A DNA stretch of 64,000 bases from Lama guanicoe (GCA_013239625.1 MU054220.1:7289367-7353366); one strand, 5' to 3'. Counted from the first letter of the stretch, positions 1 through 13,424 are shown. Numbers and translations: made by a program. Notes: a model not told the origin generated them from the letters alone.

Positions 1-1689
1 CTGAGATAAACGGGACCCAGTCAGCCCCTCTGCGCAGTGTAGACGAACTGCCTCCATTTTTAGTGATGGAACTTGGGTCTAAAACCCGGCCTCACCATCC
101 CCGTTCCCAAGTGAGGTGCTGTTTCAGAATAGTTCTCTTCCTTCAGTGAGGCTTCTCTATGGCTCCCCTCCAGGAGCCCCAGTAATTCTCATGTTCTATT
201 TGTAGAATCCAGAGATTTAAAATTTCATCTCTTTATAGTTGTTTTCATCAACACTAGGTAGAAACATTTGGTGCTGCCTCTAATAAAAACGTTACTAACT
301 TCTGCTCTTAGTGACAAACTACCTCACTGGGTTAAGGAAACCCAGGAAGTGTGGAGCTAATTAAACCTATTAAATCCCCTCCTTTTTTTTTTTTGGCTCC
401 TGAGCAGAAGGAGGAAGTGTAAATACCAAGACCCATACCTTATTGTTTAATAGTCTTGATGATAAGAGGAGAGGAAAATATCACTAGAGCGTTTATTCTG
501 CTCTTAACAGGCTTTGCAGACATTGGTTGGGGCTTTTGTTTTTATGATATGGCATGGTTCTTTATGGTAAGTTCATATTAAGGGAGTCGCTACTGATAAA
601 CTCAGAGCATATTCGTGTCATCTCAGAGCGACTGAAAATGAAGGCTAGTGATCTCAGGTTCTTTAAGGGCCACAAATAATGCCCAGTGGCAGCGGGATGA
701 TTGCATTTGCCGGTGGAGCTTGTGCAAGGCTTGCTAATTTAGAGGCGCGTTTTCAAATATTACAGCACCTAGGCTTTCCCGGGGGAGTTCACTTGGGCAC
801 AGCAAGGGAATCGGTGTTTAAATGCTATTATTTTGAGAACGATCTGCAAAGGAGGACGATAAAGTAAATAGATGATTTCATAATTAATGCCGGAAGTGCG
901 AATCATTCAAGACCCATTCGTCTCTGCGGGAGAAGCAGCTGAGCCTCTCCTGGGTCCTGCCCTGCAGGCTGCTAGGCCGGGGAAACGATCCCAGAGAAAA
1001 GCAGTGAATTTGCCTAACGGCTTCGGCTTCCCCGTTCAACAGGGTCAGGCTTTGATCATTACCCTTAACAGCCTCGCCCCCTCCCTTCGAGGCTGGTTTC
1101 AGATCGCTCCTCTTCTGGTCCCATAATTGGAATTGATAAGTGGCCATCGTACAAGGAACTGGGGACACTTATCAAATGCTGTCGTGCTTACAGAGTTAGA
1201 AACGGCCCCTCCTCTATTGGGGGAATTCAGCCCACAAAAAGTTTTAGAATTTGGAGCCTCAGAGTTGAGTCTCACCCAACTCCTTCATTTTACGCAAAGA
1301 GAAATGAGGTCCGGAAAGATTATGTGACCTGCCCGTGGTAGTATCATTTGTTGGGCACAGAGAGAGAATCATCACTTCGATGTCCTCTCCCTGCCTGGCT
1401 TTGCCTCCCACTGACACCGTTTCCTCATGGTGGAGTAATTGTCTCAAGGTTAGGGGATAAGTCGGGGCTGATTTGTGAATGGGAACACAGCTGTTAATCA
1501 GTTGTTCTTTTCAAAACACTGCCCTTTTTTTTGGACAGCCTCCCTCTGGCCAGTCTACGCTGGGGTCCCTTTTTGTTGCCATCAGCCAGGTACTGTCAGA
1601 GGAAGGCTGCGGAGGCACTGTATTGAACAAGCCTTTCCCACAGACTGCTTCCAACCACTCTGTCATCACCGAGCTCCATCAGACATCCA

Positions 1690-1805
1690 AGAAAACGAGC
1701 GCCAGGGGTGTTAAACGTCTTGCCCCAAAATCACACAGCTCATAAGCGTCAGGACTGGGATTTGAACAGAGATCTTGGCGATTCTAACACCAGAGGTCTT
1801 AGCCA
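1690..1805 (-). mobile_element. MIR SINE fragment
   Basis: Reverse-oriented MIR core-like text 'ttgccccaaaatcacacagct...ggactgggatttgaac'; boundaries approximate. Confidence 0.65.
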
Positions 1806-3004
1806 ATATTCGATGCTAATTTGGCCTCATTATCATCCTCATTCAACAGCCTGGGAAACTATATGCCAGGGATAATTCACATTGTTTGCAGTGAGGGCCC
1901 TGTGAATTGCCTCTCCCAACCCCTCCCGTACTTCAGCCTGACTTTGATTTTCCCCCTCCTCCACGTCTCTAAGGAAGCAAATACCCGTGCTGAAATCCTC
2001 GCTCCCTCGGGAACCAATTTTGCTCTATTCCTAGTTATGAATCCTTAAAGCAGTTAGTGTTCAAAATGGACCACGGAGGGTCACAAGGGTGGTTTGGGTC
2101 ATTCTCACTTCTCTGCTTCTGTGGGCTCCGGGGACCTCACTGACCCTCTGAGAAGGAAGCCACCCAGTGCACGGATGGAGTTGTTGAACAGAAGGTGTTC
2201 GCTCCCACTGCTAAGGGGGAAGTAAAAGAAAGGCTCTCTATTCTAGTCTGCTTGGGGAGATAAAAGGAAAAGGGCTTCATTGCTTTGAAGGAGAGGAAAA
2301 GATTTGTTTACTTGTACCGCATTACCCAGTAAGAGTGATGCATTTCTTTTTCCAAGGGAAACAAAGTTAGTTTAAAAAAAATAGCGAGCCAGGCACGGAA
2401 AGAATAAGAGACGATTAGGAGAGAAGCCGGAACTCTGTAGATGGGTGTTTGGAAATATGTCACCTGTAAACCGAATGTGAAAGAAGTTGAGCTTGATCCT
2501 AGGAAGCGACTCCCACTGCCCAGTGTGAAGTTCAAGGCTGGGGCTGGCAAGTTCAGGCTGGTCGGTGTGTGCTTTCTGCCTTGTGTGCCCTTAGGGTGGG
2601 ATCAACAGTGTGTGGTGGGGCTACACTTCAGCATGGCTGGAATCAAGACATCTCTCTCTCCCTCTTTCTCTCTCTCCCGCCCTCTCCTGCACACTTGTGC
2701 ACCCATGCATGCATTACATAAATACACACACACACATAAATACTCCTACCCACTGAACTGCAGAAGGGTTTGTTCAGCTGGTCACCATGCAGAGGGAGAC
2801 GTTTTCAGGAACGGCTATAGTAAGAACCAAGAAAAAGGTATGACCCTCTGGAGTACAGATTTGGCGGTCAAGCTTCATCCAACCAACCAAGGATCTTGCA
2901 GTATTAATGCAAGCTTATTGAAACTGTGAAATGACTATTTGCAAAACCAGTATTTCTATTTTTAAAAGTGATAAGAAGAATTTTAATTGTCAGGCAGGGA
3001 ACTT

Positions 3005-3205
3005 GGGGCCAGCCTGGAAAGATCAGGGACCACAAAGTCAGGTGGTCCTGAGTTCTCATTTCATCACCTGCGTTTCCAGCTGTGTGGCCTTGGGCCAGTT
3101 ACTCTCTCTCAAGTTTACTTTCTCAGTTCTAGGAACATAGCAGCGACTTTGCAGGGTTCCAGTGAGGGTTACAACAGAGAATATCGCTGGGGTCATCTAG
3201 CAAAA
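3005..3205 (+). mobile_element. MIR SINE fragment
   Basis: 'ccagctgtgtggccttgggccagttactc...ctcaagtttact' matches the MIR core. Confidence 0.7.
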
Positions 3206-4829
3206 CAGCTGAAGCTGATTCTCATAGTCTACATTTCCTTGCACTTTCTGCAAGAAAATTTCCCACCAGAGAAACTATTTGGAAGCAAAATAATAACAGA
3301 TTAAAAAAAAAAATCAGGTAGATTTTGGCTCTCTTAAAGGTATAGTATATCATTAAACTCTAGAAACTCAATGGCCTTGTAAAATGACCAGTCATTTCTA
3401 ACCACATGGGAAGGGATTCTCTTGTCTGGTCTTTCTGATGAAATCTAATCACTCCTTCAAGATAAATTAAAGAAGGAAAAGGGGAATCTTTAAAAATAAG
3501 TCTGTCAAATCCTTTCATAGCTCAAAACCAAGTGGCTCTCTTCAATCAGTGTAAAAACCTGATTCCTGAAACAACCCTATGCAGTCAGAACCCTCTTCCC
3601 CCATCAGACAAAACAAAAGTAACCGCTTTGCCCTCAATTTTCAATGCCCTGCCCCCACTGTAGTTCTTCCAACATGTCAGATCAGACACGTTCCTGCCTT
3701 AGAACCTTCGTTCTTGCCTTTCATCTGCCTGCATCCACAAAGTACACTCCCTCACCTCCTTCTGGAGAGATTTCAACGGAAGGTAATCCTATCCACGGTC
3801 GGTATTTTTGTAATTACCAGTTTAGAAGAGTGTCCATTTCTGATCTTGTGCCCTGATTCTGAGGTCCTCTTTAGCTCCTTTTCCTACCCTGGCACAAGCT
3901 GGCATCTATTTAGAAAGCCTGCTGAATAAGCAGGCTGAAAGGATGTAAATACATGTAGAATTATTCCATATTTCAGAACCAGAAAGGCCTGTGGACACGG
4001 ATGGGTGCATCTGCTTAATAAGAGCTGGCGTCAATCTTAACCTAGAATTGGAATTTAAAGCTAAACCTCATTCCGAGCTTCTAAATGGACTTCCTTGAAC
4101 TCTCTCAAAGGGATAAATAAATAAATATGAAAATGGATTACATGCCGGGGTGCATCTTGACACGTGGACTGGGGACACTGGCATTGACACTAGAAGAAAG
4201 AGTCTTTGTGGAGGGTCTGTATCGCTCCTAACAATTGTTAATCGAATCAGGAGAGTAATTGAATCGTTGAGCTTAGATTTCCACTAATGCAAGTGTGTAA
4301 TGGAATTGTTGTGGTGGATCGCTGCTGAAAAGAGCTGCCCGTAGATTAGTGAGTTAGAATCAGACCTTGCCCTGCTTAGGTGAGCATGTAGGTAGACAGC
4401 CTGGGGTATGTGTGCATGTGTCTGTCTTTGTATTTATTCATCTGTTTGTTCATATGTAAGCAAAGCGCAGGAACATGTAATTACAAACTTTTAATGCTTG
4501 CTTCCTCCTCTTCTCCTTTCCTTCCTTCCTTCCGTCCTTCCCTCCCTGATCCAGTTAATCATTCTGTAAGTAGTGGTACCTGTTACAAAAGGCCCTCCCT
4601 GCCCCTCACCCTGTCTCCACCACTGCCATTTGCCCTTCTAGATCGTGAAATTCCCCCCACCTTCCCACTTGTGCAACTTTATCGAAATTGATGATTAAGT
4701 AATTGTCTCATTCTTATTAAATATAAGTTCTGTAAGGACAGTGATTACGTGTATCTTGCTTGTGTTTTGAAGTAATAGCACAGTGGATGGTGTAGAATAG
4801 GTGCTTCCTCGTACTTGCGTGATGATTGG

Positions 4830-5345
4830 ATGGATTCAGTTCATCCAGTGCTGACTCGACAAGATGCACTGTTCTAGGTCCTAAAAGACATTTGTTACCA
4901 GAAATAGCCTTTGTCTCCCAGGAGCTTGCAGTCTGGCGGTGGGGACAACACATGCTCCTCGCGTAGCTAATGCAATCGATTATAGGAAACAAAACGATTG
5001 CTATTATCAGTGTTGTCGAAATTCAGAGACTGAGCCAGAGCCTGCGGTCTGTTCCATGGTGGATGACAATGTAGAATGGGAATGGAAAGAAAGGGAAAAT
5101 GTGGTGGATCAGCAAGTCACGTGCAGCTCAGACTTGCCAAGATGGTGGGTTCATGCGAAGAATTAATGATGAGAGGAATTTGGCACCAGAGGGTAGGGGT
5201 CTTCTGTGGAAAGTTGTAAATGTGGGCTGAGCTGGAGGGCTCTCACTCCAGCAGCTGCCAGGAAGCCCTGGGCATTTCTGAGCAAGAAAAGGACATGATG
5301 GAATCACCCTTTTAATAAGATCAATATCTGGCCACTGGGTGCAGC
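4830..5345 (-). mobile_element. LINE-2 fragment
   Basis: L2 3'-end-like text 'cactgttctaggtcct...tcccaggagcttgcagtctgg' followed by degenerate L2 body. Confidence 0.6.
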
Positions 5346-8125
5346 ACGGATTATCTGTTGTCAAATACAGAACATTTTTGTGTGAACCTGTGAATTGCTA
5401 TGATAGGTGAGCGCCAGTCTGATTAATTATAAACTCCTATAGATCAGATAAGTGGGTCAATGAAGGGGGCTAACCTTGAGGTTAGCATAATTTATGGAGG
5501 CTCAAGTGCAAGTGTTAGACTTGAGAAAATGATCAATGCAAGACATGTGTTCAACACTTAATGCATTCAGCGTGTACAGTGTTAATGTTTCAAGCAGAAA
5601 TAAGCTTCTCCATCGGTCCTATACTTGGTGTTTCTGAGTGAGGCTAATAGAATGGAAAAGAATGCCTAGCTCTGGGTTAAGTTAGTTGTTTTGTCACTTG
5701 TTCTTTTATGTAAGTTTTTGGTGTGGGTGGGGTGGGGCATGTTTTTAACCCTTTCAGTATCCCAGGAGTGTTTAGATACCCTATTGGAATGCAGTCTGAC
5801 TCAACAGAAAAAACCCAAGTTCATTATCTCGATTCACTGAATGGATACTTAGTGAAGCCTTGGATCTACTCCACGCCCATGAGAATTGTACGCCTTATGC
5901 TTTTGAGCCAATGTGCATAAATGTGCATGGGTGAATATAGATGTGTGTGTGTGTGTATTATGTAAAGGAGAAAAATGAAAGATGAGTAAAGGCTTGAAGG
6001 TAGGTTATAGGTTATGGGAACCACCAAGCGGTTCACTGCAGGAGATCAAGTCATGGGCCAGCTTCCATGACACAGTGGGTTCTGCTTTTGGTTTTCCTGT
6101 TGATATTTTTTGCCCAGCCCAGAATCATGCTGGTTGGTTTTCCTTTACTTTCCACCTGCTTTGAGGCTAATTTCTCTAATTGGATCATAAATGCTCTAGA
6201 ATTAGTATATCTGTTCCCTGAGGGGTTTGTTGCCTTGTGTTCTGGGTTTCCATGTTGTTTGGGACATCCCTTTTCCCTGCTGTAGTGTCTGTGCTAAATC
6301 CTTACTAAGCTTTCCTTGTCAAAGCCTCAGTTCACTTGCGTGCTCAATTCTTATCCACACCGAGTTAAAAGCTCCTGCTAGACATAGTTCAGTTTGTAGT
6401 GCATTCCAAAATTTTTAGGGTTTTTTTTGTTTTTTTAAGGAATTGCTTTCTGAGAAGCTTTGGGATTCTTTAAGATTTATGGTACCCATGGTTCAGATAA
6501 AGTGTCTTTGGCAGCCAGAATACACATTCACTTTTACATAGGATGCTGTATAGATTTTTACTAAAGTATATTGAGAATTCCATTTGTGGTGATTTTTGAC
6601 AAATTGCTCAGATTTATAAATGCTTCATGACTCCACATTTTAGCCTTGTTCTTTGTCTCTCAGAGAAGTTCTAAGAAATTTTATATTTATTTAGTTATTT
6701 AAAATTCATGTAAATATATGTATTTAAACTTGCTAATCAAATGCTCCTTGTTCTCTGGGGCTCAAGAAAATCTTTTGACTTTTTACTTCATTATTCTCGG
6801 AATGTTCCACATCCTTTACGTTCATCATTAAGTGTCTATATAGTGTTAATATAAACCCATGTTTAAATATAAACTGATTCACAGATTTATATAACTTTTA
6901 TGGAATTTTTAGATCCAAAAAAATCAAGAACAACTTTAGGGAATGTGTAAACTGTGGATGGCAAATAGATTTCATCCTGAATACCAATTCAGATTGATGG
7001 AATATGATTATCTCATCTCAGGTGCTGTGGTGAGGCGGACTTCTGACTGCATCCAGCTCATGTGATCGATCAGTGACACCTGTGATGTGGCAGAGTGGGA
7101 ATTTCTGTCATCATTCAAGAAAGAGATTTTATAGCTGCCCCCTTTTAAAAGAAAAAAAAAAAGAACTTGAGGCACAGAAAGTTTACATGACTTGCAAGTT
7201 TAGGGTGTGGAGTAAATGGGTATTTTGAATGTAGATGTGAGAAGGTAAAACATCTATTTTGAAAGTAGAATCCAGTTTGGGAAGCTGAAGAGAAATAGGA
7301 AAGTGATTCCTTGGTGAAGGGATCGGGTCTCTGTATTCTCAGTTTGTTGAGCTGTGCTGTTTATAGCCTTGGTGGCACATTGACCTGTGTTCAGATAAAT
7401 CTGGTTCCCACCTCTTTGAGCCCCCTTTTCCTTCACTCTAAAATTAAACATAGGGTTGAAAGTGGGATGTATTTTGGTTGACATGTTTCTGTGCTTGGAC
7501 ATAAAGGTGATTAAGTACATGAGTAATATATCCGCAGTGGCAGTGTTGTTTTCCCTGCAAGATCCGAGAGCAAATGAACGAATTTTGACCAAATGAAAGA
7601 CTTCAGGAATCTGCAGACATTACAAGCTCCCTTTGATGTAAGTCCTCCCTTCATGGAAGTGGGGCAGGAGTGGCTTTTGAAAATGCCTTGGGGAAAATGA
7701 TATAAAAGTAAAATGTAACTTTTCTATTATTATCATCACTTTTTTTTTTTCATTCTCTGGTTCCCAGATGCTCTGACTAAGCCTAGGACTAATGTAGGAC
7801 TATAACTATTAGCTGATTCAAGGAATTCATATTTTCTAGATGACATCCCACGTAAAATATTTTCATGTTTTAATGACTTCACTATAATCCCTCCTTTTTT
7901 TTTCTTCAGGAATTGTCACTCATATGAAAATCTGTGTTCAAAGCATATCTAAGCATGAAGGTGACTTTTCGGGTTCATGTTCTAATTGATGATACAAACT
8001 GCTAATTAAATGCATCTGTGTCTAATCAAAACATATCTAGAATTAAGCAGTGCAGCTGTGCACCGGGGGAGCCACAGGATAGAGATGCCTGGTAATGGCA
8101 TTAAGGACATAATTTGTCCTTCATC

Positions 8126-8292
8126 CAGTGGTTCCCACATCCGGCAGAACCTCAGAATCTGGAGGAGCTGATAAAAATGGTGGCAGTATTCTCTCTACTC
8201 CACCCTCAGAACTTGGATCCTAAAATCTGAATTCTATTTTTAACCTCCCAACGAAGATGTTGATGAGCAATTAGGACTGGAAACTACAGCTG
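8126..8292. mobile_element. hAT-Charlie MITE (MER5-like)
   Basis: Starts 'cagtggttccca', contains 'tcagaatc' and 'atctgaattctatttttaac' typical of MER5. Confidence 0.55.
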
Positions 8293-8395
8293 TAGATTCA
8301 AAGTGTAGTTTGACCACCTGGAAACAAGGCCCAGCTTGGTCTAGAGTTGTTCGTTTGCCTCTAAATTCTCTCCTTTTCTTCAAAACCCCATTTTA

Positions 8396-8555
8396 GGGGT
8401 TGGCTAGAGCTCAGTGGTAGAGTGCGTGCTTAGCATGCATGAGGTCCTGGGTTCAACCCCCACTACCTCCATTAAAAAATAAAAATAAATAAAACAAACC
8501 TAATTACCGCTCCCCCAATAAATAAATTAATCAATTAAAATTTTAAAAAAGAAAA
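8396..8555 (+). mobile_element. tRNA-Ala-derived SINE (camelid Vic-1-like)
   Basis: A box 'agctcagtggtagag', 'cttagcatgc', B box 'ggttcaaccc', then 'aaacctaattacc' and an A-rich tail. Confidence 0.9.
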
Positions 8556-11500
8556 TGGGAAAAAAAACCTTTAAGTTCTTATTACATCTTTCCTGTCTCA
8601 GGGTTTTGTAGCCTGCTGAAAACTGCAGCTGTCTTTACTTAAACAGAAAAGGCAGGAGAGCCTTTAGTTTTGTTTCAGTGTTGATGAATATGACAGTTTC
8701 ATTTATAATAGTCTGCTCTTTGGAAATGTCACTTATTGTCATTCTTTGCATGATCCTGAACAGTCGGTACCAGACAACTGTAGGCAGCTCCCGTGTGGAG
8801 ACACGGCTGCTTCTTGGATGATAATATTAACAACATGGTGCATTTTTAATAGCCTTTATGATTAAAAAGTTAACCTGTATTGCTCAATTTTATCCTCAGG
8901 GATTGTATTTTATTATCAAAAATATTTCTGTAGTGTTCATACGTAGGGTCCTTTCTGCTTCTAAAGATAATCCTCCTCTCAAAGTGGCACATAGATTCAA
9001 ATTATCACATAGAAGCCTCGTGTAAGTAGAATAAAATTTAATTACAACATTTGTCATCTTTTGTGTCTCTCACTACTTTTCAAGTCATGGTTTGAACTTT
9101 TAGCCAATTTCTCTTCTGGTTGTTAGTTAACCTGCCTTCTGTAAAGTAGCTGGTATGTGAGATGCCAAGCCCACGGCCATGTTTTTTCACCATCCTGCTT
9201 CTCTTTATAGAAAGATATGAAAACAGTAAATGAGTCCTCTGTTTTATTGGGTTTTCTTTGTTTTTTGTGTGTGTGTGTCTATGTTTTTTTCTTTTTTCTT
9301 TTTCTTTTCTTTTCCTTTTTTTTTTTTTTTTACAGTCCACTGTGAAGCCATTCACAAAAAGCAGATTTATAAATTTTAGCTTGAGTGTTATTTCCCAAAA
9401 CAAAACTGAATAGTAACTTGTCCCCAGGTCTCTCTGACTATAAAACCCTTGCAAGTCTATTATGTTTTTTGCCCCAGGGCATTTGCATGAAGCAAAAATA
9501 CAGGAATATTATGGTTTACACAAAAAGGGGGGAAAAAAACCCCAGTAATTTTAAAACCAGTTGGCCATGATTTAAGGAAAAGAATGATCCAAAAAATGGC
9601 TTAAGAAAATCCACTACCAGACACTATCAAAAGGAAAAATGAACAAGGAAGAAAAAAGAAATCACATATTTTTTCCCTTACTAGATTGCAACAAAAATGG
9701 AAAGAAATAAGACCACAAGGTCAATTTTGAGTTATAGGTGAGTGACCTAAATCTTACACCCAAGCACATTAATATAGCTCTGGCTTACTTCCAAAAAGGA
9801 GAACAGCAGACAGGCTGGTTTTGTTGACACACAGTCATATTTTCCCATTACATAATAAATTTTCCCTGATGCAGGAGCATTTAAGAGATTGAAAGAAAGC
9901 CTTCATGACTGTTTGGGGTAATTTAATGCTGCAGTGTTATTCCTTAGAGAAGTTATGAATCAACAGAATATCAAAGACTTGCCAGGTGTGCACAAAGAGA
10001 GCTTTCATGTCAACTATTTTTGCATCCTTTTTATTTCATATCATCAAGGTCCACTTTGAAGATTCTTTCCAGGAATAAGGACTACAATTTGTATTTGGAA
10101 TTAAATGTAGATTTTTTTTTTTCTTATTTGGGGTTAGTAGCTCCCTGGTTTGTAGATTGTGGAAAAGAAATCTTGCTGCCTTTTGCACCAGTTTTGAACA
10201 GAGCAAATGCTGCTATGATTTAAATCCTTTGTGTTCTAATCTTTTGAAATCGTAAAAATGATAACAAAAAATGTATACATGAATGAGAAATGTGCAAGGT
10301 AGAAGAATGCAATAGAAGAAGATGCAAACTCAATACAGTAAAATATCTTTAAGTCCATGCTAAAAATGTAGGTTATTTCTTTTTATATTTTTGGTTAAAA
10401 TAGAACCTCTATGGACATTCATCCTGGTTTTTACTAACAATCCCATTACTTGATGCCAAATGTGTTATGTTGACATGGGTTCTCTCTAGAGAGAGAGGTA
10501 CCTTTTACCTATAAGGAAAAGGTATTGAAATGTAAAGAGAAGTACTGAATAAATCTTTTGCAGGCACAATTTAGGATTTTAGGTCCAGAAGGAAGTCAGA
10601 CTTTCAGTTTGCTTTTTATAACCAAGATCTTTGCATTTAAAAAATCACGCAAATTTCAGTTGGAGAAGCGATGCCATTTGATTCTTGGTAATTGTTCTTT
10701 ACTATTTTGATAAGGACAAAATTGGCTTTTTAGTACTTCCAGCTAGATTTTTTTTTTCTGTTTTTCCTTCAATATTCCTCCCTTTAAAAGAGTCATCTAA
10801 CTAGTCATTTTACCCCCTCTCCCTTCCTAAGGTAAGATTCCTGAATATTCTCTTCTGTCTGTCTCTCTCTCTACCTTCTCTGTCTCTCCACTCAGACAAG
10901 TTTTCCCTCCCCACCTCCCTCCCTCATGCATTTTCCCCCCAAGGGCTGATTTCTGGATTAAGAGTGGAGTGTTGCATCTGTTCCCTACAGGGAACTGATT
11001 GTAAAACTCCTCCATCTATGAAAGTCATTTGGAATCTTCTGCTCAACCCAGTGATGGAGGAGCTGGCTTTATACTCCAGGAGGTGGCGGCATGCCGCAGA
11101 GAGGGCACCGGGAGTGAGGCAATGACGCCAACATCTTAACTTGCAAAATGCCCCTCCGCTTCTCTTGTTCTTGGTGCCTCATACGCATCTCTGTGTACCC
11201 TCGATGGCTCGGCTGCTTAATCTCCAGGGTCCTTTTCGGTGGTGCCAGTATCTCCGGTGCTTGAAACTGGGTTGCTTCTTTCTAAGAGCTGATCACAGGC
11301 AGCTCTGAGGGCAGAGGAGAGGTGAGAGAGCACTGCCGTCGTCCCTGTCTGTGACAACCTGGAAGTTGGAACTCGCCTTAAGTGGGCTGTCAATCCAAAC
11401 ACTTCCACGGAGTGCAGATCCAGTAGAAATGCAGGAATCTAGCCTGTATAGCTAAGAGCATTGGTTCAACATCTCAAAAAGAAAGAAAAGGGGGAAAAGA

Positions 11501-12300
11501 AAAAAAAAAAGTCCTTCCGAAAGGCATTTCACCTTGAAGTGTTCTCATGGAGCAATGGGAAGAGTTCAGCTGTCATTTTGCATTTGGCGCAGGGCCAGCC
11601 CTCAGAGCCAGGAGAGAAGTCAGGGTTCAGGCTTCCTTAGGCCGCCCCCACCACCCCCGCTGCTGAGTGGCCAGAGTGTTTTCTTCCCCAGACGGGTTGA
11701 GATGATCTGATCTGAGCCCCAGGCAGTCACCGAGGCTCCTTTGTTGGCTTCCCCGCTCGGCAGAGGCTTGCTACAGCTTGACTGAAATGTGTCAGAGGCA
11801 GCCGCAGCCGCCACCTGCCCTGGCACAGCGCTGTCACTCACGAGCCACCGAGGGCATCCTGCACAAAGTGCTTCCTGACCGGTGGGGGGAGGGGGCGGCC
11901 ACCCGGAGAGATCAAGTGACAGGGTGCACAGAGGTGAGAGGATTCGCTTAAAGGAGGAAGCTGAATCCATCCACCAGCACTTTTTCCTCTTGGAGCCCCG
12001 TAAGGCGGAAATGTCAGAGAGACAAATTTTGGGGTACCTGCCTTCTCGCGGCAGTGATGTGCATCCATCGCATGGACTTGAGGTGATCTAGGGTAAACTT
12101 AGGCTGAGCCTGGCAGCCCAGGGTGGTACGCCATCGGCAGAGCAAACAGTGCATCCATCATCCATGCCTTTGGAAGAGGATAGCATAACTCTGATGGCGA
12201 CGCACAGACCCAGGCGTCTTGGCCTCTCTGTGACCCTGCAGAGGGGGCCTTCCAGTTTCTAAGGCCTGGGGACCGCACGAGAGACTGTCAGAAAAAGCTT

Positions 12301-12545
12301 GGTAACCATAAGTTTGTTTTCAATGCCTGTGAGTCTCTTTCTGTTCTGTAAATAAGTTCATTTGTGTCATTTTGTTTTCAGATTCCAAAGGGGTAAGGGA
12401 GGAGGGAGGCATAAATTGGGAGTTTGGGATTAGCAGAATCAAACTGCTGTATGCAGAGTAGGTAAACAACAAGGCCCTACTATACAGCACAGAGAACTAT
12501 ATTCAATAGCTTGTAATAACCTATAATGAAAAATAATATGAAAAA

Positions 12546-12586
<41 letters not shown>

Positions 12587-12686
12587 AAACTGAATCACTA
12601 TGCTGTCACCAGAAATTAACACATTGTAAATCAACTATACTTCAATTGGGGGAAAAAAAAAAGATGTGAATGTGAAAAAAACAAAA
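12301..12686 (+). mobile_element. 5'-truncated, 5'-inverted LINE-1 3' end (twin priming)
   Basis: 12301-12387 is L1 3'UTR in reverse and 12385-12662 is the adjacent L1 3'UTR forward, ending in poly(A); TSD agaaaaagctt (12290-12300) / agaaaaggctt (12687-12697). Confidence 0.85.
12549..12586. repeat. (TA)n microsatellite within the L1 3'UTR
   Basis: Direct reading. Confidence 0.95.
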
Positions 12687-13424
12687 AGAAAAGGCTTTAC
12701 GCTTTATTTTTCACAGATTCCACAATATCCAATTCAAGGAGGTTTGGTCTGGGAAGGAGATGGGAGGAGGCACAAAGATCACCCTTGTCATGTCTTGTTC
12801 TTTGTCCATCCAGCGTATCTGTCATTCTTCTCCCTGGCATTCTTGCTAGGAGGAAAAAAGCTTAAAGACAGGAGGGTCAGGAGAAATTCCTGGACAGAGA
12901 AGAAAGAACAGCATTCTACCAAATGGTAAAACAGGGTACATCTGTCCCACCGTGCTCTAGACTCCCTGTTTGTGTCTTGGACGCTTCGTTTATTCATTCC
13001 TTCATTTCTTCGGGCACCCATTCATCCATTCAACAAGCTGTTGAGTGTCTACTGTGGGCAAGACCCCCAGGCTGATCCAGCCTAGAAGTGAAGAGGAACC
13101 CACCAGGTCGCTGCCTTTCTAGAGGTTCTTACAAACAAGCAAGCTAAATACAGATTGTGGAAGTGCTCCTCCAGGAAATAAATGATCCCGTATGGTAACT
13201 GGTACCTGGGGGCAGTCGAGGAAGGAGAAGCGGCTTGACGTTGGAGGGGGATCTAAAAGGTCTCTATGAGGGCAGCGAAGGACTGTGATAGCACAGTGAG
13301 TTACCAAGGGAAGGAGAAGGGGGAGAATATTCCAGGCTTCTGGGTGTTATCATTTTCTCGGATGCTCAGGGAACTTCTGCATCAGATGACATTCCTCCTT
13401 CCATCCTTCCCCAGGACCTCAGGT

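Noticed and set aside
3916..3936. Short hairpins and palindromes (agcctgct-gaata-agcaggct here; similar ones near 34961, 55278 and 61870)
   Set aside because: Stems of 7-10 bp are expected by chance in 64 kb, and bacterial-style terminators are not relevant here
11040..12290. Possible coding exon or processed pseudogene in the GC-rich segment
   Set aside because: Only short ORFs on both strands, interrupted by an A-rich tract, with no recognisable domain
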